Below, one piece after another: positions 19,008-28,142 of a stretch of 64,000 bases of DNA. Made by a program: the position numbers and the translations under genes. This stretch comes from an uncultured Gemmatimonadales bacterium. GTDB taxonomy: Bacteria; Gemmatimonadota; Gemmatimonadetes; Gemmatimonadales; Gemmatimonadaceae. The notes beneath the pieces are model-generated. The model searched no databases. It worked only from the letters and a program-made list of their open reading frames with translations, and had not been told where the DNA came from. The stretch covers positions 576,001-640,000 of the forward strand of contig CAWKNZ010000007.1 in the NCBI GenBank assembly GCA_963851265.1, in the 5' to 3' direction. How positions within the stretch are numbered: the first letter of the stretch is position 1; each line of letters starts with the position of its first letter.

Positions 19008-20222
19008 GTGCGACTCCTCCTCGCCTGGGCCACGCTCGTGCGCAGCCGCACGCGCACCGCGCTCGCCGTGGCCGGCGTGGCGGTCGCGGCCGCGCTCCTG
19101 CTCGACATGGTCATGCTCGCCGGCGGCATGCAGGACAGCTTCCGCGACCTGCTCCTCGTGCGCGGCTACCAGCTGCGTCTCGCGCCCAAGGGCACGCTGC
19201 CCTTCGACAGCGAGGCGACGGTGGACAGCGCGTCGAGCGTGATCGCGGCCCTGCGCGCCGACCCGCGCGTCGTCGAGGTCAGTCCCGTGCTCGGCGGGCA
19301 GCTCACCGTGATCGGCGGGCGCGGCACCGGCGACGCCACCCCGGCCGCATCGCACCCCACGGCGATCGCGCTCGGCCTGCTGCCGAGCGTGCAGGGCGAC
19401 TACGAGCGGCGGACCGGGGCCGACCCCGCGCGCCCCGACCAGTTCCTCGCCAACGACGCGTTCCTCCGCACGACCGGCGCCCACGTCGGCGACACGCTCG
19501 AGGTCGCGGCGGGCTACGACCCGCAGCTCCGCCAGTACGCGGCCCGCCGCCGACTCGCGCTCGTCGGCACGGGACGCTTCTTCTACACCGTCGCCGACCG
19601 CGCCGTGGTCGCGCTCCCCCTCGGCACGCTGCAGGCCATGCGCGGCGCCGAGGGCGCGGACCGCGTGAGCGCGTTCATGGCGCGCGTCGCCGACGGGGCA
19701 GACGTCGAGGCCGTGCGGGCGAGCATCGAACGGCGCGTGCCGCGCGTGAGCGCGATCTCGACGGCCACCGCGCTCGTCCAGGTCGAGCAGCGCCTCTCCT
19801 ACTTCCGCCAGCTCGCCCTCATCCTGGGCTCGATCGCGCTCGTCGTGGGGTTCCTCCTCGTCAGCACGCTCGTCACGGTCAGCGTGAACGAGCGCGTCGG
19901 CGAGATCGCCGTGCTTCGCGCGGTCGGCGTGAGTCGCCTTCACGTCGTCGAGCAGGTCGTGCTCGAGGGACTCGCGCTCACCGTCGCGGGCACGCTCCTC
20001 GGCCTCGCCCTCGGCCTCGTCACCGCACGCTACTTGAACGCCATCCTGTCGGACTTTCCAGGGCTGCCCGCGTCGTTCTCGTTCTTCGTCTTCCGGGCGC
20101 GCGACGCGTGGCGCGCGCTCGGCCTGCTCGTCGCGTCGGGCGTGCTCGCCGGCGTGTTCCCCTCGTGGCGCGCCGCGTCGCTGCCGGTGGCGACGACGCT
20201 CCGCGAGGAGGCGATCGGGTGA
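19008..20222 (+). CDS. ABC transporter permease, MacB/LolE type (full length)
   Basis: RTRTALAVAGV TM1, periplasmic domain, SVNERVGEIAVLRAVG, PSWRAASL. Confidence 0.9.
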   Translation: MRLLLAWATLVRSRTRTALAVAGVAVAAALLLDMVMLAGGMQDSFRDLLLVRGYQLRLAPKGTLPFDSEATVDSASSVIAALRADPRVVEVSPVLGGQLTVIGGRGTGDATPAASHPTAIALGLLPSVQGDYERRTGADPARPDQFLANDAFLRTTGAHVGDTLEVAAGYDPQLRQYAARRRLALVGTGRFFYTVADRAVVALPLGTLQAMRGAEGADRVSAFMARVADGADVEAVRASIERRVPRVSAISTATALVQVEQRLSYFRQLALILGSIALVVGFLLVSTLVTVSVNERVGEIAVLRAVGVSRLHVVEQVVLEGLALTVAGTLLGLALGLVTARYLNAILSDFPGLPASFSFFVFRARDAWRALGLLVASGVLAGVFPSWRAASLPVATTLREEAIG

Positions 20223-20911
20223 CGGACCTCGTGCTCGACGTGCGGGACGCCCGCCGCGACTACACCGTCGGCTCGGAGCCGGTGCACGCGCTGCGCGGCG
20301 TGACGTTCGGCGTGGCGCGCGGCGAGTGGGTGGCGGTGGTCGGCCCGTCGGGGTGCGGCAAGTCGACGCTGCTGCACCTCATGGGCGCGGTCGACCGCGC
20401 CACCGGCGGCCGCGTGGTGATCGACGGGCGCGACGTCGGCGCGTTAGGCGACCGCGACGCGACGGCGTTCCGCCTGGGGCACGTCGGCTTCGTCTTCCAG
20501 CGGTTCTACCTGCTGCCGATGCTCACCGCGCGCGAGAACGTCGAGCTGCCGATGGCCGAGGCGGGGGTGAAGGCGGCGGAGCGGCGGGCGCGGGCGCGCG
20601 ACCTGCTCGGCTACGTCGGGCTCGCCGGCCGCGAGGGGCACCGCCCGTCGCAGCTGTCGGGCGGCGAGCAGCAGCGGGTCGCGATCGCGCGCGCCCTCGC
20701 CAACCGCCCCGCACTCCTCCTCGCCGACGAGCCCACCGGAGAGCTCGACGCGCGCACGGGGCGCGAGATCATCGACCTGTTAGGCCGGCTGAACGCGGAC
20801 GGCACCACGATCGTGGTCGTCACGCACGACGACACGCTGGCGCGCGCGGCGCGGCGGCGGATCCACATGCGCGACGGGGTCGTGGAGCAGGACGAGGCGG
20901 CGCCGTCGTGA
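20219..20911 (+). CDS. ABC transporter ATP-binding protein (LolD/MacB type)
   Basis: [39 protein letters not shown]. Confidence 0.95.
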   Translation: MTDLVLDVRDARRDYTVGSEPVHALRGVTFGVARGEWVAVVGPSGCGKSTLLHLMGAVDRATGGRVVIDGRDVGALGDRDATAFRLGHVGFVFQRFYLLPMLTARENVELPMAEAGVKAAERRARARDLLGYVGLAGREGHRPSQLSGGEQQRVAIARALANRPALLLADEPTGELDARTGREIIDLLGRLNADGTTIVVVTHDDTLARAARRRIHMRDGVVEQDEAAPS

Positions 20912-22452
20912 TCGCGCTCCTCGCCTTCCGCAACCTCCTGCACCGGCCCTGGCGCTCGGCGCTACTCTTCGTGGGCTACGGCCTCGGCGTGGGCGTGATG
21001 GTCGTCCTGCTCGCCATCGGCGAGGCCCTCATCGCGCAGGCCTCGCGCGAGCAGCTGGTCGGCGGCGGGCAGATCACCGTCCTGCCCGAGGGCGTCGACG
21101 TGGAGGTGCTCAAGACCGGCGGCCTCGGCGGCATGTACTTCTCGATCCCCAACGCGCGCTTCGTCCAGCTGCAGCTGCTCGGCGCGCCGCGCCTCGCGCC
21201 CGATGTGGCTGCGGTCGCGCCGCAGATCGACGGCAAGCTGCTCTACCTCGAGACGCCGGCGCGTGCGGGGCGGCCCGGCCGCGAGGTGCCCGTGCGCGCC
21301 GCGGGCGAGATCCCGTCGGCCACGCGCGCGGTCGGCGGGCTGCCCGTCATCGACGGCGCGTGGCAGGACGACGACGGCGACCGGCGCTGGGCGGCGCCCT
21401 CGCCCTTCGAGCTGCGCAACGCGATCGACCACTTCCACCTGCCGCCCGCGGGGCTCGCCGCCCGCGCGAGTTGGGCCGAGTGGCACTACTTCAACGTGCT
21501 CTCGGACGACGGCGCGCGCTGGGCGTTCGTGACGCTCATGGTCGCGGGCGACGTGGGCGCCCCCGACAGCGCCGGGCGGCCGCGGTGGGGCGGCCAGGTG
21601 CTCGTCACCGTCCATTCGGCGGGCGGCGCGGCACGCCGCTTCTCCGCGCGATTGCCGCCCGGCGTGGTGCGATTTTCCACGCACGACGCCGACCTCAGGA
21701 TCGGCGACGCAGGGGTTCGCGTGCTGCCGGACGGCCGCTACGCCGTGCGGGCACGCGCCGTCGCTGAGGACGGCTCGGGCCGGGCGGCGACCGTGGACCT
21801 CGTCGTCGCGCCGGCTCCCCGCGCGTACTTCCCGGGCGCGACGCTCGAGAGCGGCGATTTCAGCTCCGGCTACGCCGTCGCGGGGCTGCGTGCCGACGCC
21901 TCGGGCGCGATCTGCGCGGCGGGATGGGGACGCGCCTCCGGCGGTTGCGAGACGTACGCGGGCGCGCAGAGCTACCACGACCACAACTGGGGCGTGTGGC
22001 GCGGCGTCACGTGGGAGTGGGGGGCCGGCCGCGGCGGCGCGTACACGCTCCTCTACGGCCGCGTGCAGCCGCCGGACTCGTTGGGCACCACCGCGCCACT
22101 CTTTCTCTACCTCGTCGACTCACTCGGCTTTCGCGCGCTGTTCCGGCCGCGCACCATCGCGTACGAGGACGGGCGTACGGTGACCGTCGATGGGCGCACC
22201 GTGCGCGTGCCGTCCCGCGGCGTCCTGGAGGACGCACGCGGCGCGGACACGCTGCGCGTCGAGCTCACCGTCGAGGACGCGACCGCGACGGACACGCGAC
22301 GCGGCCTGGTCGACCGCGGCGAGGCGGAGTATGCACGCCGCCTCGCGCATCCGTACTTCGTGCAGATGAAAGGACGCCTCCGCATCACCGGCCGCGCGGG
22401 CGGGCGGCCGGTGGCGGGGGAAGGGCGGGGATTCTTCGAGACGTACCGATAA
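20908..22452 (+). CDS. MacB-type permease N-terminal half fused to a lipocalin-like AttH/CrtC-type domain
   Basis: [12 protein letters not shown] + TM1 + partial periplasmic domain, then AEWHYFN and YHDHNWG motifs; no FtsX C-terminal helices. Confidence 0.75.
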   Translation: MIALLAFRNLLHRPWRSALLFVGYGLGVGVMVVLLAIGEALIAQASREQLVGGGQITVLPEGVDVEVLKTGGLGGMYFSIPNARFVQLQLLGAPRLAPDVAAVAPQIDGKLLYLETPARAGRPGREVPVRAAGEIPSATRAVGGLPVIDGAWQDDDGDRRWAAPSPFELRNAIDHFHLPPAGLAARASWAEWHYFNVLSDDGARWAFVTLMVAGDVGAPDSAGRPRWGGQVLVTVHSAGGAARRFSARLPPGVVRFSTHDADLRIGDAGVRVLPDGRYAVRARAVAEDGSGRAATVDLVVAPAPRAYFPGATLESGDFSSGYAVAGLRADASGAICAAGWGRASGGCETYAGAQSYHDHNWGVWRGVTWEWGAGRGGAYTLLYGRVQPPDSLGTTAPLFLYLVDSLGFRALFRPRTIAYEDGRTVTVDGRTVRVPSRGVLEDARGADTLRVELTVEDATATDTRRGLVDRGEAEYARRLAHPYFVQMKGRLRITGRAGGRPVAGEGRGFFETYR

Positions 22453-22454
22453 CG

Positions 22455-22492
22455 CCGCGGGGGCAGCCGGCTGGTGCCGGCTGCCCCCGCGG
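22455..22492. terminator. 17-bp-stem GC hairpin between convergent genes
   Basis: ccgcgggggcagccggc-tggt-gccggctgcccccgcgg. Confidence 0.75.
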
Positions 22493-22510
22493 TCGAGCCC
22501 GTGGCTCCGA

Positions 22511-23545
22511 TCAGATCCGGTCGCGGCCGGTGACGTCGTCCTTCAGGTTGCGCGCCGCGTCCTTGGTCTTGTCGAGCAGCGACTCGTGCGAGCGCGCGTT
22601 ACCGAGCGTGTCGCTCGTGTTCATCGTGCCGCCGGAGCCGGCCGCGTAGCCCGCCTGCTGGTCGAGCCCTTCGGTGACGAGGCGCTCCTTACGCAGATCC
22701 GCCTCGACCGTCTGGTTGTCGGAGACCTCACGCGTGCGCACGAGAACCTCCTCGGTCGGCACCACGCGCTTGTCGATGACCGCCTCCTCGCGCGTGAGCG
22801 GCACGCGAATGGTCTCCTCGCCGATCCTCAGGTCGCCCGTCGCATCGGCCGCGGAGAGCGGGCGGCGCTCGATGGTGACCTCGTCGCGCATGAGGCCGAC
22901 CTGCTGCTGCACGTGCTCGGTCTCGACGGTCTTGCGCAGGTTGACCTCGCCCGCCTGCACCTGACGCTTGCCTACGGCGAGCTGCTCCTCGCTCAGCGTG
23001 AGGCGGCGCTCCTGGCCCCGGCCGTACGCGTCACGGGCGTAGTCGCGCACGTCGTCCCACTTGTGGCCCGTGTTGCCCTGGGATTCCCATCCGCTGCGCA
23101 GGTGCGGCTCGACGTCGTCGAAGTGCCGGCCGGCGTAGTCCGGGTTCATTCCGGCCACGTGGCCGAGCTGGTACGCCGGGCGGGCCTGGTCGTAGTTGCT
23201 GGACGACGCGGACGACGCGGACGACGTGCCGCCCAGGCCGCGGCCCGAGCGCGACGAGTACTGGTCGCGGTAGTACGTGTCGTCGTTGTCGAACGAGCTC
23301 GCCGCCTCGGATACGGCGCGCCCCGTCCACCAGCCGCCCGCCGCGCCGGCGATGCCGCCGATGATCGTGCCGAGCGGGCCGCCTAACGAGCCGAGCGCGG
23401 CGCCCGTCGCGGCGCCGGCGAGACCGCCCGTCGACTCGCCGACGACGTCGCCGGTCGTCGAGGGGCCGTCGTGCGGGCCGAGGGCCCGGTCGGCCGCGTT
23501 CGCCGTCTTGTTGCGGAGCGAGTTGTCGTTGTAGTTGTCAGCCAT
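22511..23545 (-). CDS. Glycine-zipper + YsnF/AvaK (DUF2382) domain stress protein
   Basis: GAATGAALGSLGGPLG zipper; LSEEQLAVGKRQVQAGEV...IRVPLTREEAVIDKR...VEADLRKE. Confidence 0.88.
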   Translation of the reverse strand: MADNYNDNSLRNKTANAADRALGPHDGPSTTGDVVGESTGGLAGAATGAALGSLGGPLGTIIGGIAGAAGGWWTGRAVSEAASSFDNDDTYYRDQYSSRSGRGLGGTSSASSASSSNYDQARPAYQLGHVAGMNPDYAGRHFDDVEPHLRSGWESQGNTGHKWDDVRDYARDAYGRGQERRLTLSEEQLAVGKRQVQAGEVNLRKTVETEHVQQQVGLMRDEVTIERRPLSAADATGDLRIGEETIRVPLTREEAVIDKRVVPTEEVLVRTREVSDNQTVEADLRKERLVTEGLDQQAGYAAGSGGTMNTSDTLGNARSHESLLDKTKDAARNLKDDVTGRDRI

Positions 23546-23575
23546 GGTCGTGATCCTCTCTGGTTGAACGGTGAG

Positions 23576-24658
23576 TTAACGATCCCTGGTCGAGCGGGTG
23601 GTACCTGTGGCAGCAGTCGTACCAGCGTCGCGCACGAGCCCGGCGGCGCGGGCGCTCGCGTCGTCGATCTCCACCCGTTCGCGCCGCACGTCGCCCGCGA
23701 CGGTCTGCTGCTCCGTCACGGCGTGCTTGCGGATGATGATCTGCTCGACCGGGACGAGGCGCTTCTCGACGACGAGCCGCTCCTCCATCACGGGGATGCG
23801 GATCTCGCCCTCGCGGGCCGGCTCGGCGTCGAGCTGCGCCGCGTCGGTGATCGGGCGCCGCTCGACCGTGACCTCGTCGCGGGTCGTCGCGACCTGCCCC
23901 TCGACGTGGCGCGTCTCGACGCTCTTGTGCAGCGCGACCTCGCCGGCCGGGACGACGCGCTTGCCGACGGTCAGCTCTTCCTCGGCCAGCGTGATCCGCT
24001 GCGCGCCGCGGTCGGCCGGCGCACCGCCCTGCGCGCGACCCTGCGCGCGCCGCGGCGCGTAGAGACGCTGGTCGTCGTAGTCCGCGTGCTCGTAGTGATC
24101 GGCGTGATCGTGTTCGGCGTGATCGGCGGCGGCCGCGCCAGCCGCCGAGGTGGCCGCCGAGGTGGCGGCTAGGCCGCCCGCCGCGGCGCCCGTCGCCGCC
24201 GCGCCACGCAGGCCGCGGTCGCGATGGCGGTCGCGGAGCGTGCGCTCGTACTCTCGCGAGATCGACTGACCGCCGTAGCGCGGCAGCCCGGCGATCTGCT
24301 CCAGCGTGTAGCCGTCGACGAGCACGCGGTCGTCCTTCTCGTCGAGCTGGACGTTGCCGATCGGCAACAACGTATGCCGGTCGTTGTCGACCGTCGTGCC
24401 GGCGCCGTGGCCGCGGCGGGCCGCCCCGGCGACGGCGCGGTCGACTTCGACGTCGAGGTAGCGCACGCGCAGCGCCGTCGTGTCGACGATCAGATCGCCG
24501 ACCGTGCCGACGGACTGCCCGTCGGTCGTGCGGACGTCCCAGCCGCGGATGTCCGGGTAGCCGTCGGCCACCTTGAACTCATCCAGGTCGTTGAGCCGGC
24601 CCAGATGCGACGCGTCGCCGGTCGCGCCGGTCGTGCCCCTCATGTGCGATGAAGCCAT
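23576..24658 (-). CDS. PRC-barrel + YsnF/AvaK (DUF2382) domain protein
   Basis: DFKVADGYPDIRGWDV-like PRC start (EFKVADGYPDIRGWDV) and VRYLDV; LAEEELTVGKR...IRIPVMEERLVVEKR. Confidence 0.88.
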   Translation of the reverse strand: MASSHMRGTTGATGDASHLGRLNDLDEFKVADGYPDIRGWDVRTTDGQSVGTVGDLIVDTTALRVRYLDVEVDRAVAGAARRGHGAGTTVDNDRHTLLPIGNVQLDEKDDRVLVDGYTLEQIAGLPRYGGQSISREYERTLRDRHRDRGLRGAAATGAAAGGLAATSAATSAAGAAAADHAEHDHADHYEHADYDDQRLYAPRRAQGRAQGGAPADRGAQRITLAEEELTVGKRVVPAGEVALHKSVETRHVEGQVATTRDEVTVERRPITDAAQLDAEPAREGEIRIPVMEERLVVEKRLVPVEQIIIRKHAVTEQQTVAGDVRRERVEIDDASARAAGLVRDAGTTAATGTTRSTRDR

Positions 24659-24932
24659 GCGGATCGTCCTCCGTGGGGAATCAGCGTTACTGCCCGGATC
24701 CGGTCCTCGCGCGGGCCGCGTGCGCGGCGCGCACTTGCATCACCAGCGGCGCGGTACCCGCGGCCGTGAAGCACTCCTGCACGGTCCCACGCTGCGGGAT
24801 GTGCGACCGCGACGACTCGCGGCGGTTGCAGATCGCCCGCGTCGGCGCCACGTGCGCGCTGTCGAACGGACCGCGCGACGGCGCTCGAACCGCCACCCGC
24901 GGCGGTGTCGGCGATCGCCGCGCCAGGCCCCG

Positions 24933-25109
24933 TCACGGGCGGCCCGTCGCGGCCGGCGCTGTCACCGTCGAATCGGCCGTCCCCGCCGCGCTCGCCAACG
25001 GTCGCGGGCGCAGGACGAGGTAGGCAAGTACGCCCGCCGCCAACAACACGAGCAGCAGGAGTAGCGCCCAATTCCGACGTTGCTTGCGTTCGATCCGGAT
25101 CTCGGCCAT
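24933..25109 (-). CDS. Small single-pass membrane protein (58 aa)
   Basis: MAEIRIERKQRRNWALLLLLVLLAAGVLAYLVL...; GAGGG RBS; sigma54 motif upstream. Confidence 0.7.
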   Translation of the reverse strand: MAEIRIERKQRRNWALLLLLVLLAAGVLAYLVLRPRPLASAAGTADSTVTAPAATGRP

Positions 25110-25149
25110 CGGGCCCTCGCGCGCGTTGGGGGTGGGAGGCTCGCCGGCT

Positions 25150-25165
25150 TGCAAGGACTCTGCCG
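25150..25165 (-). promoter_or_regulatory. sigma54 promoter candidate CGGCAGAGTCCTTGCA
   Basis: GGCA-N6-TTGCA with exact spacing, 40 bp upstream of 25109. Confidence 0.7.
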
Positions 25166-25240
25166 GGAAGAGGCCGCGGTGCGCTCGGATTGGTAACGAT
25201 CCGAGATCTTCGCGACGGCGTGGGCCGCTGTGGCACACGG

Positions 25241-25278
25241 GCTACGTTAGGCGGCCCGCTTGGAACGCCTAACGTAGC
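25241..25278. repeat. 13-bp perfect inverted repeat built from two GTTAGGC motif copies (possible terminator)
   Basis: gctacgttaggcg-12 nt-cgcctaacgtagc, about 50 bp downstream of the 25330 stop. Confidence 0.8.
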
Positions 25279-25329
25279 TCACGCGCTACGGCCTGGTGCG
25301 GCCGCCCGCGCGCCCGAACGAATTGCCGG

Positions 25330-26106
25330 CTACGCGGCGCTGCCGCCGCCGCTCCCGCCGAGTGCGCGACCCGTGAGGTCCTCCGCGCCGCCCACCGCCC
25401 GACCGCCCATCGTGCGGCTGCGGTCGTACGCGCTCCGCGCGTAGTCCCGGATCTCGTCCCACTCGCCGTGGCGCGAGCTCACGTCGGACGTCCAGCCGCG
25501 CCGCAGGTCGGGCTCGATCTCGTCGAAGCTCCGCCCCGAGTAGTCCGGGTTGCGGCCCGCGAGGTGGCCGATCTGGTACGCCGGGCGCACGTCGTCGTAG
25601 TTCCGCGTCGTGCCACTCATTCCGCTCGACGCGCCGGTTGCCTGCCCGGCACCCGGGCCGGCCGCGCTCAGATCACCCGGCATGCTCAGGTCGCCCGAGG
25701 CCCCGGCACCGGCATGCACCCCCATCACGCCCGACGCACCGGCGGCCGCGTCACGCGTACGCGACGACGCCGCGCCGGTGTAGTGGGAGCGGTAGTACGC
25801 CTCGTCCTCGTCGGTGGCGTGGCTGGCGGCGTCCGAGATCGCCCGGCCCGCCCACCAACCGCTCACCGCGCCCGCGATCCCGCCGATGATGGTTCCCACC
25901 GGCCCGCCGAGCGAACCGAGCGCCGCGCCGGTGAGCACGCCCGAGATGCCGCCCACAGCCTCCCCGACCTCGTCGCCGGGGTTGCCCGCGCCCACGTCGC
26001 GGTCAGTGCCGAGATCCGTCCCGGCGGTCGTGCGCGGCGTCGCGGCGGTGTCCCGCCCGCTGAGCCGGTCGTTGAGGCGGTCGTCCATGCGATCGTTTGC
26101 GTCCAT
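25330..26106 (-). CDS. Glycine-zipper hypothetical protein, paralog of the N-terminal half of 22511..23545
   Basis: GAALGSLGGPVG zipper; RPAYQIGHLAGRNPDYSGRSFDEIEPDLRRGW; AGGAG RBS. Confidence 0.8.
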   Translation of the reverse strand: MDANDRMDDRLNDRLSGRDTAATPRTTAGTDLGTDRDVGAGNPGDEVGEAVGGISGVLTGAALGSLGGPVGTIIGGIAGAVSGWWAGRAISDAASHATDEDEAYYRSHYTGAASSRTRDAAAGASGVMGVHAGAGASGDLSMPGDLSAAGPGAGQATGASSGMSGTTRNYDDVRPAYQIGHLAGRNPDYSGRSFDEIEPDLRRGWTSDVSSRHGEWDEIRDYARSAYDRSRTMGGRAVGGAEDLTGRALGGSGGGSAA

Positions 26107-26188
26107 TGGTGTCTCCTCGAGAGGATGTCAGCTGCGAAATGAGACGGGTCCCCGCACGCGAACGGTTCGCGCGGCGTGGGCCCGCGTA

Positions 26189-26992
26189 CTACGCGCGCTC
26201 GACGCGGTCGGCGACGGCCGTCCGCACGCCCGCGTGTGCTGCGTCGGCGCCCGACGCGCCCGCACTCGGCCCGTCGGCGCTCGGCGCGTCGTCCGGAACG
26301 CTCGCGAGGCCGTGGCGCGCGCGGTCGAGCTCCACGGGGTCGACCGCGCTCCCGCCACTCCCCACCACCGAGTAGTCGCGGCGCTCGCCCGCGCCCTCGG
26401 CACGGGCGTGCCCGTAGGCGTCGTGCACGTATTGGCGCACCTGGTCCCACGAGCCCATCCCGGAGTCCACGTCGCGCCACCCCTCGCGCAGCGCGGGCTC
26501 GGCTTCCGCGAACGATTGCCCGGCCAGCCCCGGCTCCGACGCCGCGACGTGGCCGAACACGTACGCCGCGCGCACCTCGGCGTAGGAGCGCCCAGACGTG
26601 GGCGCGGCCTCGTACAGCGCGCGGTAATGCTCGTCGACCTCGGTGGTGAACCGTCCCCGCTGCGCGTCCTCGCCGAGCGCGGCACCGGCCGCCGCCCCCA
26701 GCGCGGCGCCGGCGACGGCGCCGACGCCCAACGTGACGGCGCCCGCGAGCGCGCCGGCCTGCAGTCCTGCCATCGTGCCGGCCGCCGCACCCGCGACGGC
26801 GGTGCCGGCCTTACCGCCGGTGGCACGCACGCCGCCGTCCGACGGGGCGCCGGCCGCGCTCGCGGTGCTAGCCTCCGCAGCACCCGTGCTCCCTGCGGCG
26901 GCCGCGCGGGCCGCGTCGTGCGCGCCCGCCGTCTGCGACGCGGAGGCGCCGGGTTCTGTGGGGCCGAATCGTGGATCAGAGCTGGCAACCAT
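26189..26992 (-). CDS. Glycine-zipper hypothetical protein, third paralog
   Basis: GAVAGAALGAAAG zipper; RAAYVFGHVAASEPGLAGQSFAEAEPALREGW; GAGGAGG RBS. Confidence 0.8.
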   Translation of the reverse strand: MVASSDPRFGPTEPGASASQTAGAHDAARAAAAGSTGAAEASTASAAGAPSDGGVRATGGKAGTAVAGAAAGTMAGLQAGALAGAVTLGVGAVAGAALGAAAGAALGEDAQRGRFTTEVDEHYRALYEAAPTSGRSYAEVRAAYVFGHVAASEPGLAGQSFAEAEPALREGWRDVDSGMGSWDQVRQYVHDAYGHARAEGAGERRDYSVVGSGGSAVDPVELDRARHGLASVPDDAPSADGPSAGASGADAAHAGVRTAVADRVERA

Positions 26993-27082
26993 GAAGCCTC
27001 CTCAGAAGCGCGTGGGGACCGACGCGCGTGCGGGCGAACGAGGCCGCCCCGTCGAGAACGCCTGTCGGGGCGCGCGACGGGG

Positions 27083-27098
27083 CGCAATTTCAGGGCCC
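27083..27098 (-). promoter_or_regulatory. sigma54 promoter candidate GGGCCCTGAAATTGCG
   Basis: GGC-N7-TTGC, 90 bp upstream of 26992. Confidence 0.6.
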
Positions 27099-27176
27099 AT
27101 CGACGCAGCGGGTCGGGATTACCACGCATTCGCTTCGACTTGACAGCGTGTGCGTCGCCGCCCCATTTGGTCGCGT

Positions 27177-28082
27177 ATGCACCCAACTCCGCCGCCGTCG
27201 CCGGCGAGCACCTCCGCGTCGTCGCCGCCGACCGCGCCCGCCCTCGCGCGCGTGCGACTCGGCACGCAGGGCTGGAACTACGACGCGTGGACCGGTGTGT
27301 TCTACCCGACGGGTACGCGCGCCGCCGACTACCTCGGGGTTTACGCGCGCGCCTTCGATGCCGTCGAAGTCGACTCGACGTTCTACGCCGTCCCGTCCGA
27401 GAAGACGGTGCTGGGCTGGGCCGCGCGCACGCCGCCCAGCTTCCGCTTCGCACTCAAGCTGCCGCAGGAACTCACGCACGAACGTCGTCTCCGCGGAGGC
27501 GACGACGTGCTCGAGACCTTCCTCGCGCGCGCGCGACTCCTCGGACCCAAGCTCGGGCCGGTGCTCGTCCAACTCGGCCCCGACTTCGGGCCCGCCGAGC
27601 TGCCCGCGCTCGCGCGCTTCCTCCCCAAGCTGCCCGCCGACGTCCGATTCGCCGTCGAGTTCCGCGACCGCGCGTGGCTCGCCGACGGCGCGCTCGCGAC
27701 GAGCGTGCTCGCGCTGCTCGTCGATCACGGCGTCACGCCCGCGCTCTCCGACGGGCGGTGGATCCCGCGGCGCTGGGTGCTCCGCCTCGCCGAACGCATC
27801 GTCGAGCGCGGGGCGGGTGCGGCCGGCGTCGCGTACGTCCGGTGGATGGGGGCCAACCGCGACCTCGTCGACTATTCGCGCATCCAGATCGACCGCACGC
27901 GTGAGCTGGACGCGTGGGCCGACGTCCTGCGCGCGCTCGCGCCGGCGACGGAGGGGGTGTACGGGTTCGTGAACAACCACTTCGCCGGCCACAGTCCGCA
28001 GAGCGTGCGCGACCTGCAGCGTCGGCTCGGGCTGCGCAGCGTGCGGCCGGAGGAGCTGGGCGAGCAGCTCACCCTGCTCTGA
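27177..28082 (+). CDS. DUF72 family protein
   Basis: LGTQGWNY..W.GVFYP, VEVDSTFY, FALKLPQELTH, LVQL, AVEFR, FVNNHFAG. Confidence 0.92.
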   Translation: MHPTPPPSPASTSASSPPTAPALARVRLGTQGWNYDAWTGVFYPTGTRAADYLGVYARAFDAVEVDSTFYAVPSEKTVLGWAARTPPSFRFALKLPQELTHERRLRGGDDVLETFLARARLLGPKLGPVLVQLGPDFGPAELPALARFLPKLPADVRFAVEFRDRAWLADGALATSVLALLVDHGVTPALSDGRWIPRRWVLRLAERIVERGAGAAGVAYVRWMGANRDLVDYSRIQIDRTRELDAWADVLRALAPATEGVYGFVNNHFAGHSPQSVRDLQRRLGLRSVRPEELGEQLTLL

Positions 28083-28142
28083 ACGCGAACGGGGCGGGGG
28101 AGGGGACGGCGTAGATTGCCGCGCGACCCTCGCCCCGCGCCC

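Noticed and set aside
23576..24658. PRC-barrel as photosynthetic reaction-centre H subunit (puhA)
   Set aside because: It is fused to DUF2382, has no TM helix and no puh/puf neighbours
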